From Candidatus Bathyarchaeota archaeon (GTDB taxonomy: Archaea > Thermoproteota > Bathyarchaeia > Bathyarchaeales > DTEX01): a stretch of 64,000 bases of DNA. Positions 20,074-30,618 of the stretch are shown here, piece after piece (positions within the stretch are counted from its first letter, which is position 1; each line of letters begins with the position of its first letter). The position numbers and the translations under genes were made by a program. Location: positions 364,149 through 428,148 of the forward strand of contig CAVQNT010000006.1 of the NCBI GenBank assembly GCA_963714275.1. The letters run 5' to 3'. A model generated the notes under the pieces. The model had not been told where the DNA came from, made no database searches, and was given only the letters and a program-made list of their open reading frames with translations.

Positions 20074-21192
20074 GTGAAAGTTAAGGTGCAAAGCTTGGAA
20101 AAAGTAAGGTTTGGCGTTATCGGAGCGAAGGGCATCGGCAGAACCCACATGGAAGGCATCGGTTCCTGCGGGAAAGCAAAGCTTGTGGCTGTGGCTGACA
20201 TAAATGAGGCTGAAGGAAGGGTGGCAGCTTCAAAGTACGGCGCCAAATGGTACATGGACTACGAAAAAATGCTTGAACGGAAAGACTTGGACGCAGTTTC
20301 TATTTGCACTCCACACTTCCTGCATTGCCCAATGACGCTGAAGGCTCTGGAGCACGGCAAACACGTTTTGGTCGAGAAGCCCATGGCGATTTCGGTCAGC
20401 GAAGCCGACAGGATGGTTGATAAAGCCAGAAGCGTAGGGTTAAAGCTGGGTGTGGTCTTTCAATATAGGACTTTTCCTGTTTACAGGGAGATTAAGCAGC
20501 TCATAGAATACGGTGAAATCGGCAAAATCTACAGAGTCAACATGGAAGCCTGCACTTTCCGAACCCAAACCTACTACGAAAGCGACTCTTGGAGGGGCAA
20601 ATGGGCAACCGAAGGCGGCGGGGCTTTGATTAACCAGACGATTCACAACATCGATTTGCTTCAATGGCTCGTCGGAAAACCCTCGAGGCTCATGGGGCAA
20701 ATAGACACGATGTACCACAACGTTGAGGTTGAGGACATAGCCTCCGCAGCGATAAAGTTTGAGAACGGAGCCCACGGAACACTACAAGCGAGCATCGTCG
20801 ATGTCGTCGAAGCGACGAGGCTCGAAATCTGTGGCGAAAAAGGAAAAATCGAATCCGACGGAGACGCCAAACGGGCGGTCATGAGTAAAACCCTCAAGGA
20901 ATGCATCGCTGACAAAAAGGTTTGGGGCGGAAGACCTGAATGCCAGTGGCACGAAGTCAAGCCAAAAACGGAGGATAAGGGAGGACATACAGCCGTTATA
21001 AAGGAATATTGCGAAGCTTTGATCGAGGGCAGAGAGCCACCTATTCCCGGAGAAGACGGACGAAATTCCATAGAAATCATAAATGCCATTATCCTCTCGT
21101 CGTTCGAAGGACGGGCAGTCACTTTCCCAGTGGACAGAAACGCCTACGACAACCTAATGCAAAAACTATCGAAAAAATCTAGGACAATTTGA
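20074..21192 (+). CDS. Gfo/Idh/MocA oxidoreductase
   Basis: EKPMA, GGGALINQ.IH.ID. Confidence 0.9.
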   Translation: MKVKVQSLEKVRFGVIGAKGIGRTHMEGIGSCGKAKLVAVADINEAEGRVAASKYGAKWYMDYEKMLERKDLDAVSICTPHFLHCPMTLKALEHGKHVLVEKPMAISVSEADRMVDKARSVGLKLGVVFQYRTFPVYREIKQLIEYGEIGKIYRVNMEACTFRTQTYYESDSWRGKWATEGGGALINQTIHNIDLLQWLVGKPSRLMGQIDTMYHNVEVEDIASAAIKFENGAHGTLQASIVDVVEATRLEICGEKGKIESDGDAKRAVMSKTLKECIADKKVWGGRPECQWHEVKPKTEDKGGHTAVIKEYCEALIEGREPPIPGEDGRNSIEIINAIILSSFEGRAVTFPVDRNAYDNLMQKLSKKSRTI

Positions 21193-21253
21193 GCTGCTTT
21201 TGACTTTTTTGTGTTAATAAGGCTTTAATATATAGTCAGCTTTTACTTTTTTT

Positions 21254-21505
21254 ATGCAATATGTAGCAAGGGTTGAAGTTGGTCTTAAGCCAGGCCATTC
21301 TGACCCTGAAGGCGAAACGACGAAGGACTCTCTTGTGGAACTGAATTATGCAGTTGATTCCGTTAAGGTCAGCAAGGTCTACGAGCTGCACATCGAGGCT
21401 TCGTCTCTTGAGGCTGCGAAGAAACTGGTTGACGAAATGTGCCGTAGGCTTCTCGCTAACCCCGTGAAGGACAATTACATTATTCGTGTAGAGGAAAACC
21501 GATGA
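21254..21505 (+). CDS. purS: FGAM synthase subunit PurS
   Basis: DPEG, LLANPV; first gene of purSLQ. Confidence 0.95.
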   Translation: MQYVARVEVGLKPGHSDPEGETTKDSLVELNYAVDSVKVSKVYELHIEASSLEAAKKLVDEMCRRLLANPVKDNYIIRVEENR

Positions 21506-23883
21506 GCCAACATCCGTATGTAAAGAAAGAGGTTCCGTTCGAGCTGTACGAAGTTAAGATCACAAAATCTGATAAACGTCAGCTCACCCAAATCAGCGAA
21601 GAAATGGGTCTGGCTCTTAACCTCAACGAAATGGTGGCTGTACAAAAATATTTTGCCCAAAAAAATAGGAATCCGACGGACGTTGAGCTCCAGACTTTAG
21701 GTCAAACGTGGTCTGAACACTGTTTCCACAAAACCTTCAAGGGAACAGTTGTAACGCCTGAAGGCAAGGAGATAAAATCTCTTTTCAAGACGTACATCGC
21801 CAAAGCCACGCGTGAGCTGAACAAGCCGTGGTGTATCTCAGTTTTTGAGGACAACGCGGGCATAGTTCAATTCCAAGGCGACATAGCCATTGCAGCGAAG
21901 GTCGAAACCCACAACCACCCGTCAGCCATTGAGCCTTTCGGCGGAGCTGCAACTGGGACAGGCGGAGTAATCCGTGACATACTCGGTGTGTGGGCTGACC
22001 CCATAGCCTGCACCGACGTTCTCGGGTTTGGCCCGCTTGACTACGATTTCAACAAGTTGCCCCAAGGCGTCAAGCATCCTAAGTACGTTTATAGAGGCGT
22101 CGTCGCTGGAATTGGGAGTTACGGGAACAACATGGGCATCCCAACAGTCAATGGAGCCATCTACTTTGACGAGAGCTACATGGGAAACGTGGTCGTCTAC
22201 TGCGGATGCATAGGAACGCTGCCAGTAAAGAAGTACGTAAAGGACGCTAAGCCGGGGCACCGCCTCGTCTTGGCTGGGGGAAGAACGGGAAGAGACGGAA
22301 TCCACGGTGTAACCTTCGCCTCGTTGGAGCTCACCGAAAAATCAGAGGAAGTTTCTAGACCAGCTGTCCAGATTGCCAACCCTATAGAGGAGGAGAAGCT
22401 TAAACGAGCAATCGTAAAAATCAGGGACATGGAGATGGCTTCGTCCATTACTGACCTTGGAGGTGGAGGACTGTCCAGCGCCCTAGGCGAGGCTGCTCAC
22501 AGATTTGAGTGTGGAGCAAACGTCGAGCTTGAGAGGGTTTCACTGAAGTACCCGAACATTCCGCCTTGGGAGATCTACATCTCCGAATCTCAGGAAAGAA
22601 TGCTTATCACCGTGCCCGAGAAGAATCTGAAGAAAGTCTTGGAGATTTTCGCATCCGAAGACGTTGAAGCCACCAACATAGGATTTTTATCATCTGAGCA
22701 AGTTTTGATGTTAAGTTACGATGGGAATGTAGTTGCTGAAATAGACATGGGATTCCTCTTTAACCCTCCGAAGGTTCAGAGAAGGGCTGAATGGGAAAAA
22801 CCCAAGCATGTTGAGCCAAGTTTTGATGAACCCGAAGGCTTAACGGATGTTTTGGTTGATTTGTTGTCTTCACCGAACATCGCCAGCAAAGAGGCAGTGA
22901 TAAGGTCCTACGACCATGAAGTTAAGGGAAACACGGTCCTGAAGCCTCTGTGCGGAAAATGTGCGGGTCCAAGCGACGCTGCGGTCATTAAACCATTGGA
23001 TGATTCCTATCGGGGGCTCGTGATTTCGTGCGGGATGAACCCGCAATACGGGAAAATCGACGCTTACTGGATGGCGGCTTCAAACATTGACGAAGCCATA
23101 CGGAACAACGTTGCGGTAGGTGGGCAGAGAATCGCGCTTCTAGACAACTTCGTTTGGGGCAGCCCCGAAAAACCCGACAGAATTGGCTCACTCGTCAAAG
23201 CCTGTGAAGCCTGCTACGATTTCACCAAGGGCTTCGAAACCCCGTTCATCTCGGGCAAAGACAGCCTATACAATGAGTCGCCTTTGGGACCGGTTACGCC
23301 GACGCTTTTGATAACTGCAATTGGCATAATCTCTGATGTTAAGAAAACGGTTTCGATGGACCTGAAGACGCCGGGAGACCTTGTTTACCTTTTTGGGCAG
23401 ACGTATCCGGAGCTAGGCGGCTCAGAATACTACAGGACGAAAGGTTTCATTGGACGCTCAGTTCCATTGGTCAGACTGAACGAAGCTAAACGGACAATGG
23501 ATTTTATCTCAAAAGCCATCGAGGCTGGCTACGTAAGAGCTTGCCACGACTTGTCTGAGGGTGGATTGGCTGTAGCAGCAGCTGAGATGGCATTCTCAAG
23601 CGGTTTTGGATTGGATGTTTGGTTAAACAAGTTTCCTCAATCTGAACCTGTAAGAAGAAATGATTATGTCCTGTTCTCTGAGTCGAACAGCCGGTTTCTA
23701 ATTGAAGTCTCCGAAAAAATGATAGGCGATTTCGAGGCTACAATGAAAGGCGCAAACTTTGCTCAAATCGGTAAAATCAAGAAAGAAAAATGCTTGTCGA
23801 TTCACGGTTTAGGCGAAGAAACAGTCATCGAGGCTGATTTGGACGACTTGAGAGACGCTTGGAAGAAAACTTTTGGAGGATGA
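21502..23883 (+). CDS. purL: FGAM synthase subunit PurL
   Basis: WSEHC, ETHNHPS, GRDGIHG, SESQERM, HDLSEGG. Confidence 0.97.
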   Translation: MSQHPYVKKEVPFELYEVKITKSDKRQLTQISEEMGLALNLNEMVAVQKYFAQKNRNPTDVELQTLGQTWSEHCFHKTFKGTVVTPEGKEIKSLFKTYIAKATRELNKPWCISVFEDNAGIVQFQGDIAIAAKVETHNHPSAIEPFGGAATGTGGVIRDILGVWADPIACTDVLGFGPLDYDFNKLPQGVKHPKYVYRGVVAGIGSYGNNMGIPTVNGAIYFDESYMGNVVVYCGCIGTLPVKKYVKDAKPGHRLVLAGGRTGRDGIHGVTFASLELTEKSEEVSRPAVQIANPIEEEKLKRAIVKIRDMEMASSITDLGGGGLSSALGEAAHRFECGANVELERVSLKYPNIPPWEIYISESQERMLITVPEKNLKKVLEIFASEDVEATNIGFLSSEQVLMLSYDGNVVAEIDMGFLFNPPKVQRRAEWEKPKHVEPSFDEPEGLTDVLVDLLSSPNIASKEAVIRSYDHEVKGNTVLKPLCGKCAGPSDAAVIKPLDDSYRGLVISCGMNPQYGKIDAYWMAASNIDEAIRNNVAVGGQRIALLDNFVWGSPEKPDRIGSLVKACEACYDFTKGFETPFISGKDSLYNESPLGPVTPTLLITAIGIISDVKKTVSMDLKTPGDLVYLFGQTYPELGGSEYYRTKGFIGRSVPLVRLNEAKRTMDFISKAIEAGYVRACHDLSEGGLAVAAAEMAFSSGFGLDVWLNKFPQSEPVRRNDYVLFSESNSRFLIEVSEKMIGDFEATMKGANFAQIGKIKKEKCLSIHGLGEETVIEADLDDLRDAWKKTFGG

Positions 23884-23886
23884 CTG

Positions 23887-24705
23887 ATGAAAAAGGAAGA
23901 CATAAAAGTATGCATTATTAGGGTGGGCGGAACTAACTGCGACGCTGAAACAAGACGGTCCTTCGAAGACCTCGACGTCAGGGCGGAAGTCCTCCATCTG
24001 AACGAGATTGTAAAGAAAAAATGCCTGCTTAAATACGATGTTTTGGTGTTTCCGGGGGGTTTCTCCTTCGGCGACTATGTAAGGGCTGGAGCCATTCTGG
24101 CAAAAGACTTCTCTGCCAAGCTTGGAAAGTGCTTGAGAGCCTTTATTGAGGAAGGTAAACCTGTTCTAGGCATATGCAACGGTTTCCAAGTTCTCGTTGA
24201 GTCCGGTCTTCTGCCAGCATTCAACGGAGTCAGTAAATATCCAGAGGCTGTCCTTGCCACGAATGTGCCAATCGGTTATAGGTGCAGGTGGGTCTACTTA
24301 AGACACGAAAATTTAGGCAACTGTCTTTTTACGAGAAAAATTCCAAAAGGTAAGGTTCTGAGAATCCCCGTTGCTCATGGTGAGGGCAGGTTTATTTTCC
24401 CCAAAGACGCTGAAGACGAGTGTCTTAAAAAACTCAAAGACAATGATCAGCTTGTCTTCAGGTACTGCGACGAGACGGGACAAGAGGCGCAAGGAAAATA
24501 TCCAGATAATCCGAACGGATCATTCAGCGACATTGCAGGAATCTGCAGCCCAGATGGAACTGTTTTCGGGTTGATGCCTCATCCTGAAAGAGCCTTTTAT
24601 GGCTGGCAGCTACCAGACTGGACAAGAGACGGAAAGCCAACGGAATATGGCGACGGAAAACTCATCTTTGAATCCATTGTCGAATATGTTACGAAGAAAT
24701 TTTAG
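23887..24705 (+). CDS. purQ: FGAM synthase glutaminase PurQ
   Basis: GTNCD, GGFSFGD, GICNGFQ, MPHPER. Confidence 0.97.
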   Translation: MKKEDIKVCIIRVGGTNCDAETRRSFEDLDVRAEVLHLNEIVKKKCLLKYDVLVFPGGFSFGDYVRAGAILAKDFSAKLGKCLRAFIEEGKPVLGICNGFQVLVESGLLPAFNGVSKYPEAVLATNVPIGYRCRWVYLRHENLGNCLFTRKIPKGKVLRIPVAHGEGRFIFPKDAEDECLKKLKDNDQLVFRYCDETGQEAQGKYPDNPNGSFSDIAGICSPDGTVFGLMPHPERAFYGWQLPDWTRDGKPTEYGDGKLIFESIVEYVTKKF

Positions 24706-24814
24706 TCAAATTTGCAGTTTCCTTCTTCCTCAAGCATTATTAGTTTCTATCGGCATACTAAGAAAGCCAAATTCGCGTTCAAACATGTTGAGGTCGGAGT
24801 GTAAACAAAAGTTG

Positions 24815-25889
24815 ATGAAGGACGGCAAACTTTACGGAAAACCGAAACTGAAAGTGGTCCTCTACGGCGCAGGATGGATAGGCAGCAGCATAACACAATT
24901 ACTAACAAAGAAAAAGGGAGTAGAAATCGTCGGAGCAGTTGACTCTTCGCCAAGCAAAATTGGACGTGACTTAGGCTCAATTATAGGAACCGACAAACCC
25001 TTAGGTGTCGTCGTAACGAATGACATAGCGAAATTGCTGTCCGAAGTAAAACCCGATGTTGTCGTTCACGCTACATCTTCTTTTCTCAAGGACGTTTATC
25101 CGCAGTTCGAAGAAATCGTCAAACACGGCGTAAACGTGGTTTCAACGTGCGAGGAGCTTTCATACCCCTATGTCTCAAGTAGCGATTTGACGGCTAAACT
25201 TGACAAACTGGCAAAAAAACACAGGGTCACAGTTTTGGGCACAGGAATCAATCCCGGATTCGTCATGGACGCTCTGCCGATTACTTTAACAAGCGTCTGC
25301 CAAGAAATTAGGCGCATTCAAGTTGAAAGGGTCATGGACGCGGCGGGTCGAAGGGCGCCTTTCCAGAAAAAGATCGGTGCTGGGCTTTCGGTTGACGAAT
25401 TCAAAGAAAAAATCGCGGACAAACAGATTACGGGTCACATTGGCTTGGAGCAGTCGGTCGCCATGATAGACTGATGCGTTGAGGTGGAAGCTTCAAGCCG
25501 TCGAAATAGGCGCTGTTGAACCCATCGTCGCTGAGAAACCTGTTGAAAGCAATGCTGTGAAGGTTGAACGTGGAAAAGTTGCTGGTCTAAGGCAATCCGT
25601 TCGCGGCATAATGGATGGCAAGCCCGTCATAACGTTGTTGTTCAAGGCGTACATTGGCGCGGAAGAGGAATACGATTCAATTACGATCGAGGGCACGCCC
25701 AACATACACGAAAAGATCAGCCCATGCGTACACGGCGACCTCGCGACAGCAGCCATGATCGTCAATTCAATTCCCAAAGTCATCAACGCGGAGCCTGGCT
25801 TGAAAACGATGAAGGACTTGCCTATGCCATCCGCTGTTCTTGAGGACATTAGGCTTTACGTGGATTCGTTTATATCCAAAAATGCGTAA
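24815..25889 (+). CDS. DapB-like / 2,4-diaminopentanoate dehydrogenase (Ord)-family oxidoreductase (frameshift near 25470)
   Basis: YGAGWIG, VVSTCEEL, GTGINPGF, GD.ATA...VNSIP. Confidence 0.8.
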
Positions 25890-25928
25890 AAACTGAAAAA
25901 ACCAAGAGAATTACGTTTAACGATCTTT

Positions 25929-26915
25929 TTAGATTGGCGGCAGCGCACGTTTTCTTTCCTGTAACGGAATCTTCGTCCATTTCATGAATTCTTGGGAAGG
26001 CGGCTCAGTTTTGTAAAGGATTTTTCTATGTGCCTCCAAAAGTTTGTTTGTTTGCCCAGTGTACTCAGCAGCTGTCAATATTTGATGCCCAAGACCAGAC
26101 GCCTTGTCGATGGCGGATTGCGTGGTTTTCGTCCAGTTTTCGTCTCTGAGGATGTGGTGGTCCAGAATTGTTTCTGGCACGTTTTCCCCGATGGTTTCAA
26201 GGTTCAACATTGCTGCCTCGATTTTTTGTGGGCTAACCTTATACTGGGCAAGGTAAACTGGAGGACCACCCACAATTGCCAGCATAGGCTTTTCTTCTAG
26301 GATGATTTTGGCTGTTCTGTCAGACATGGGTCCTTGAACATCAGGCGCGAAAAGCACCTTTTCCTCTTTATGTTCAATTGCCGTCATTAGTACCCAGCCC
26401 AGCTCTGAACCTTCTTCGCCATGGCAAACTGGGACAGAAAACCTCATAGACGTTTCTCCGAACCTGAATGTTCTGCCATCAACGAACTCGAGCCTTGAAG
26501 CCTTTTTTCCAGACGTTTTATGGAACATCCAACCCCGCTGCCTTTGGCTGGGATTAATGTTCGACTTGTAACTCTTCACGAAAACAATTTTACCCGCATA
26601 AATCTTCTCGGCAATCTCAGCCGAAGACCAGTGGTTCACCCAGTCAGTGAACGAAGGCGTGTGATGGTCAAAATGGTAATGGCTGATGGTCACAACGTCC
26701 GCTTTTTTAGCTAGATCTAGCATCCTATTTCGGCACTCCCTCAAAGCCACGTACTCCTTGGGATGAGGAGTCAGTCCATAACGGTTCGGACACAACGAGA
26801 CACCAGCATCCAAAAGAATGTTAATATCAGGAGTTTCAACATAGGTACACATGGAACGGACGCCTAAGCTTTCGAAGGCTACGGGAACAATCTTGATGAA
26901 GCTAAGGTTTCTCAT
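25929..26915 (-). CDS. UPF0282-like metallo-beta-lactamase-fold protein
   Basis: ESLGVRSM, SHYHFDH, DVQGP, LDHHILRD. Confidence 0.85.
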   Translation of the reverse strand: MRNLSFIKIVPVAFESLGVRSMCTYVETPDINILLDAGVSLCPNRYGLTPHPKEYVALRECRNRMLDLAKKADVVTISHYHFDHHTPSFTDWVNHWSSAEIAEKIYAGKIVFVKSYKSNINPSQRQRGWMFHKTSGKKASRLEFVDGRTFRFGETSMRFSVPVCHGEEGSELGWVLMTAIEHKEEKVLFAPDVQGPMSDRTAKIILEEKPMLAIVGGPPVYLAQYKVSPQKIEAAMLNLETIGENVPETILDHHILRDENWTKTTQSAIDKASGLGHQILTAAEYTGQTNKLLEAHRKILYKTEPPSQEFMKWTKIPLQERKRALPPI

Positions 26916-27210
26916 CTAAACACCATATGCGTTGCTGTCCGTGTCGATGTATTGTTTAAAGAATCGGTTTTCGCTTCTTATCTCAGTTCCTATAACAAAA
27001 GAAGCCTAACTATGATGGTGGCAATTTAATGTGTGGGTTCCACACTCAAGATCTACATCATGCCTTATGAATCAGTAGGGTCAGAGCTGTCATCACCCAC
27101 AAACATGGAATTGCATATGAACAATATTTAAGTTAACACCTGTTTCAGCTCAGACTGGAATTCATACCCATTTAGTCAAGCTTTTACCGAATTAACATGA
27201 ATCAGACCCT

Positions 27211-27375
27211 TTATCATACAAACGGAAAATTCTATTGTCACACAAAACAGGACAGGTCTAAGACAGCACTGTTCGTTACACAAAATTGAAAATCGAATGT
27301 TACACAAATCAGATAGGTCTTAGACGATATTGTTTGTTGTTCAAAATGCAAATTCAGTTGATGAACAAATCAGAC
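27211..27375 (-). repeat. dispersed ~103-bp repeat, copy A (plus an extra ~61-bp unit)
   Basis: reverse complement aligns with 48526-48628 and 51792-51894. Confidence 0.85.
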
Positions 27376-27495
27376 CAGACAGATCCGCATAAATCGAATA
27401 ATAGAATAGTATAAACTTTTTTTTAAAAAAAATGAAATTGTTTCTTTACATGAAATAGAACTTTTGCAGAGTCAAACATACTAAGAATTATTGGA

Positions 27496-27696
27496 TTACC
27501 TTATTGTGGATTTTTCTTCTTTCTGGTAGTAGTCTGTCCATTTGAGTTTTCGTGCGTCTCGCTTCAGTTTCACAGCGCTTTTCCTACATTTGCTTGAACA
27601 GAACCACAGGATTGCGCCATCGCCTCTAATGTACATCATTCCTGTGCCCCGCGGAAACTCGTGACCGCAGAACGCGCATTTTTGGGATTTAGGCAT
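27496..27696 (-). CDS. rpl24e: 50S ribosomal protein L24e
   Basis: C.FCG...GTG..Y...G....FCSSKC. Confidence 0.95.
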   Translation of the reverse strand: MPKSQKCAFCGHEFPRGTGMMYIRGDGAILWFCSSKCRKSAVKLKRDARKLKWTDYYQKEEKSTIR

Positions 27697-27765
27697 TTTC
27701 AGTTTCTCCGAATGTTAACTGCAAATAATCATCCAAGGTGGCTGATGCGAGGTTCAGTTGGTTTG

Positions 27766-27984
27766 CTACCTAATTTTTCGGGCTTCCCTTTCTGTCTCTC
27801 TCAACATAAGGATGTCTTCCAACCGAATTGGTCCCTTAATGTTCCTTGTTATAATGCGTCCTTTGTCGGGACCTTCGAGGATTCTGACCCTAACCTGAAT
27901 GATTTCGCCTGTTGATCCCGTTCTGCCGACAATTTGAATGACTTGCGCAGGAGTTTGGGCTACCTCGCTTTCTTTCTGGCTCAT
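27766..27984 (-). CDS. rps28e: 30S ribosomal protein S28e
   Basis: [27 protein letters not shown]. Confidence 0.97.
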   Translation of the reverse strand: MSQKESEVAQTPAQVIQIVGRTGSTGEIIQVRVRILEGPDKGRIITRNIKGPIRLEDILMLRETEREARKIR

Positions 27985-28370
27985 TAACTGGAACCTTCCT
28001 TGATCCTCCGTATCCGAGTCACAATTTCTGCGACTAGGTCGGATGCTTCTCCAGTCTCAACGATGCACACAGCGGCAGATTGAACATCGATTCCCACAGA
28101 ATTTCCAAGTTTAACTTTACTTGGGACAAAAACGAAAGTGATCTTCCTTTCGTCGCATAGTATTGGAAGATGGGCAACCACTTCAGGCGGATCAACGTCC
28201 TCAGCTATGATGACAAGCTTCGCCTGTCCCCTTTCTATCGCTTTGGTTGTTTCATTGGTACCTTTACGTATGCTACCCGTTCGCGTTGCTATTTGAAGCG
28301 CCTCGTACGCAGCGTTGGCTACTTCTGCTGGTGTCTCAAACTTTATGAAGAATGGTTTCGACATGTTCAT
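27984..28370 (-). CDS. rpl7ae: 50S ribosomal protein L7Ae
   Basis: [27 protein letters not shown]. Confidence 0.97.
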   Translation of the reverse strand: MNMSKPFFIKFETPAEVANAAYEALQIATRTGSIRKGTNETTKAIERGQAKLVIIAEDVDPPEVVAHLPILCDERKITFVFVPSKVKLGNSVGIDVQSAAVCIVETGEASDLVAEIVTRIRRIKEGSS

Positions 28371-28376
28371 TCACCG

Positions 28377-28403
28377 AAACTTCATCAACACATGTTTCAG
28401 TTT
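28377..28403 (-). promoter_or_regulatory. kink-turn in the rpl7ae 5' UTR
   Basis: AAACU-GA-AAC-AUGU-GUU-GAU-GA-AGUUU: NC stem, tandem G.A pairs, 3-nt bulge, short C stem, adjacent to the GGUGA SD. Confidence 0.75.
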
Positions 28404-28538
28404 ACGTTTAACCCTAACTGTGAACGTCTCCCTATATATGTTACGGTTTTAATGTCAACATTGTAACCTAGAGATCAATAGGATATTAAAACAAAATGGC
28501 GAAAAATACTATTATAGGAAAAACGTAGACTCTACGGC

Positions 28539-28763
28539 TTAAACGCTTATGACTTTTTTGACTTGGGGAACCTTGCTTTTCAGGTATCGTTCAACGCCTA
28601 ACTGCAGAGTCATCTGAGACATGGGGCATCCTGCGCATGCACCCTTCAGCTTAACCTTGACGGTTCCTTCCTTGTCAACATCAACGAGTTCGATGTCTCC
28701 GCCGTCCGCCACAAGGTGCGGTCTAATCTCATTGATTATTTTCTCAACCTCGTCTTTCAACAC
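28539..28763 (-). CDS. NifU/Nfu-family Fe-S carrier
   Basis: IRP.L..DGGDIEL, GAC.GCP. Confidence 0.93.
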   Translation of the reverse strand: MLKDEVEKIINEIRPHLVADGGDIELVDVDKEGTVKVKLKGACAGCPMSQMTLQLGVERYLKSKVPQVKKVISV

Positions 28764-28823
28764 CCATTCGCTCCTGACCTGATTGACTTTGTTGTGATAC
28801 CTTTCCGAAAATATAAACGTTCC

Positions 28824-30587
28824 TTATCTATGGGCATAAACCACCCCGATTTTTTCGTTCTTCTGATCAACCCTCACGAACCCAAAACGTTCAAACTGAA
28901 CAATCTGACCGACCGAAACGTTACGGAACGCATCTTCCGCCAAACCTTTCACTGATGAGCCGTCGGGTATCAAAACCTCGCATGAGACTCCTTCATCCAC
29001 TGGCAACCAGTGAACCAATGGCACCCTTAGCCGTCTCGCATCATCGTAGGCTTCGCTGAAATAAGTAGCAGAGAATCCTGTTTCGGTTGCATCTTGAACT
29101 TTAACGTTGAAGATCTCCATCAACCGAATGACAGAACCATTCGCAAACAAAGCTTTATCCCTGCTTGAAACAAGAATCTCCGCTTCATCATTCCGAGGTT
29201 TAACGATAAGAGTTCGGTGTCCCCGTTCAGGATGGTCAGGAAGAAAGGGAATATGAGCCGCATACGGTTTTTTGACTCCTTTTACAGTAAGTTTTAACGG
29301 TTCTTGAACGAAGAAGAACCTGTCTGCTGTCGGATCAATAATTTTTTTATTGTAAGCGTAAAGGTTCTCCCAACTGAGGGTAATGTCAACGGGTCTCGGA
29401 CCAATGTCCAGTATGAGATGCCTTAGGGCGCCAGGCTGTATTCCCCTGCGACTCAAAGCCCTGAAAGTTGCAAGCCTAGGATCATCCCAACCCGTGTAGG
29501 TTCCATCCTGAACGCCGTGGACAATCTTCGACTTGCTCAATGTGGCTCCAACAATCTTGAGCCTGCCGTAATGGATTGCTTCCGGATACTTCCACCCAAG
29601 ATATGCGTAAAGGTACTCCTGCCTTCTCTGGTTTGCCAAGTGTTCTTTGCCACGAATAACATGGGTGATGTCGTTAAGGTGATCGTCGACGCCGTTCGCA
29701 AAAGCAAAAAGCGGCCAGACACGATACTTCCTGCCTACCCTTGGATGAGGATACTTCTTGGGATCAACAATTCTGAAAGCTGGCCACTCTCGGATTGCGG
29801 GGTTCGGATGATCAAGGTCCGTTTTGACTCGTACGACAGCTTCACCTTCGCCGTATTCTCCGCTAAGCATGGCTTGCCAACGGTTCATGCTCTCTTCAGG
29901 GCTAAGGATTCTGCATGGACACGGTTCTCTGACGGTTACTTTTTCGTGGAAATCCTCACGTTTGCATGTGCAGACGTAGGCGTGTCCGTCTTTCAGCAAC
30001 TTCTCCGCATGCTTGTAGTAAATTTCGATGCGGTCGCTTTGTATGTATTCAGCATCCCATTCGCACCCAAGCCACCTTAGGTCTTCTCTGATTAAATCGT
30101 AAAATTTCAGGGCAGATTTCTTTAAGCGTGTATCTGTGTCTTCGAACCTCAAAATAAACAAGCCATCATACATATGTGCGTACTCGTGACTCAAAATCAC
30201 AGCACGAGTCGACCCGATGTGAAGAACCGCGTCAGGGTTAGGAGCAAAACGCGTGACAACCTGCTTGTACTTTTCGACATTCGGCAACAGCGGAAGTCCT
30301 TTCTTCTCTTCAATTTTTCCCTTCTCCTCTAAGAGTGTTGGCCAAAGCTTTCTAACAATTTCCTTCTGTTTTTCCAAGGTGAAAGAGTTAACTTCGTGAA
30401 CAACAGTGTCCACTAAAGAAGTGGCTTCTGCGACTTTCCCTCTTAACTCAGGATTTTCAGCCAGCAACCTCCCGAGAATAGGTTTCGGTTGTGCCTTTCC
30501 TTCATGCTCGATGGCGTTTGTTAGGGCTATTTTGCGAATGGTTTCTTTGATTTCTAAATGTTTCCCGGAGTCTCTTGAACATACCAT
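28824..30587 (-). CDS. gltX: glutamate--tRNA ligase
   Basis: RFAPNP, HIGS, RFEDTD, LSKS, QFERFGF. Confidence 0.96.
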   Translation of the reverse strand: MVCSRDSGKHLEIKETIRKIALTNAIEHEGKAQPKPILGRLLAENPELRGKVAEATSLVDTVVHEVNSFTLEKQKEIVRKLWPTLLEEKGKIEEKKGLPLLPNVEKYKQVVTRFAPNPDAVLHIGSTRAVILSHEYAHMYDGLFILRFEDTDTRLKKSALKFYDLIREDLRWLGCEWDAEYIQSDRIEIYYKHAEKLLKDGHAYVCTCKREDFHEKVTVREPCPCRILSPEESMNRWQAMLSGEYGEGEAVVRVKTDLDHPNPAIREWPAFRIVDPKKYPHPRVGRKYRVWPLFAFANGVDDHLNDITHVIRGKEHLANQRRQEYLYAYLGWKYPEAIHYGRLKIVGATLSKSKIVHGVQDGTYTGWDDPRLATFRALSRRGIQPGALRHLILDIGPRPVDITLSWENLYAYNKKIIDPTADRFFFVQEPLKLTVKGVKKPYAAHIPFLPDHPERGHRTLIVKPRNDEAEILVSSRDKALFANGSVIRLMEIFNVKVQDATETGFSATYFSEAYDDARRLRVPLVHWLPVDEGVSCEVLIPDGSSVKGLAEDAFRNVSVGQIVQFERFGFVRVDQKNEKIGVVYAHR

Positions 30588-30618
30588 TCTTTCTTGCCAC
30601 CGAGGTCATGTAGATTGT

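Noticed and set aside
27211-27375. CRISPR array (periodic ~61-bp units, cas1 fragment in the window)
   Set aside because: Only 2-3 degenerate units, and the sequence between boxes is conserved between dispersed copies, unlike unique spacers.
27697-27765. C/D-box sRNA between rps28e and rpl24e
   Set aside because: Only partial box C/D matches, with no convincing C'/D' boxes or terminal stem.
29517-30080. Long antisense ORFs over gltX, purL, the dehydrogenases and r-protein genes
   Set aside because: Shadow frames of well-supported genes with no motifs of their own.
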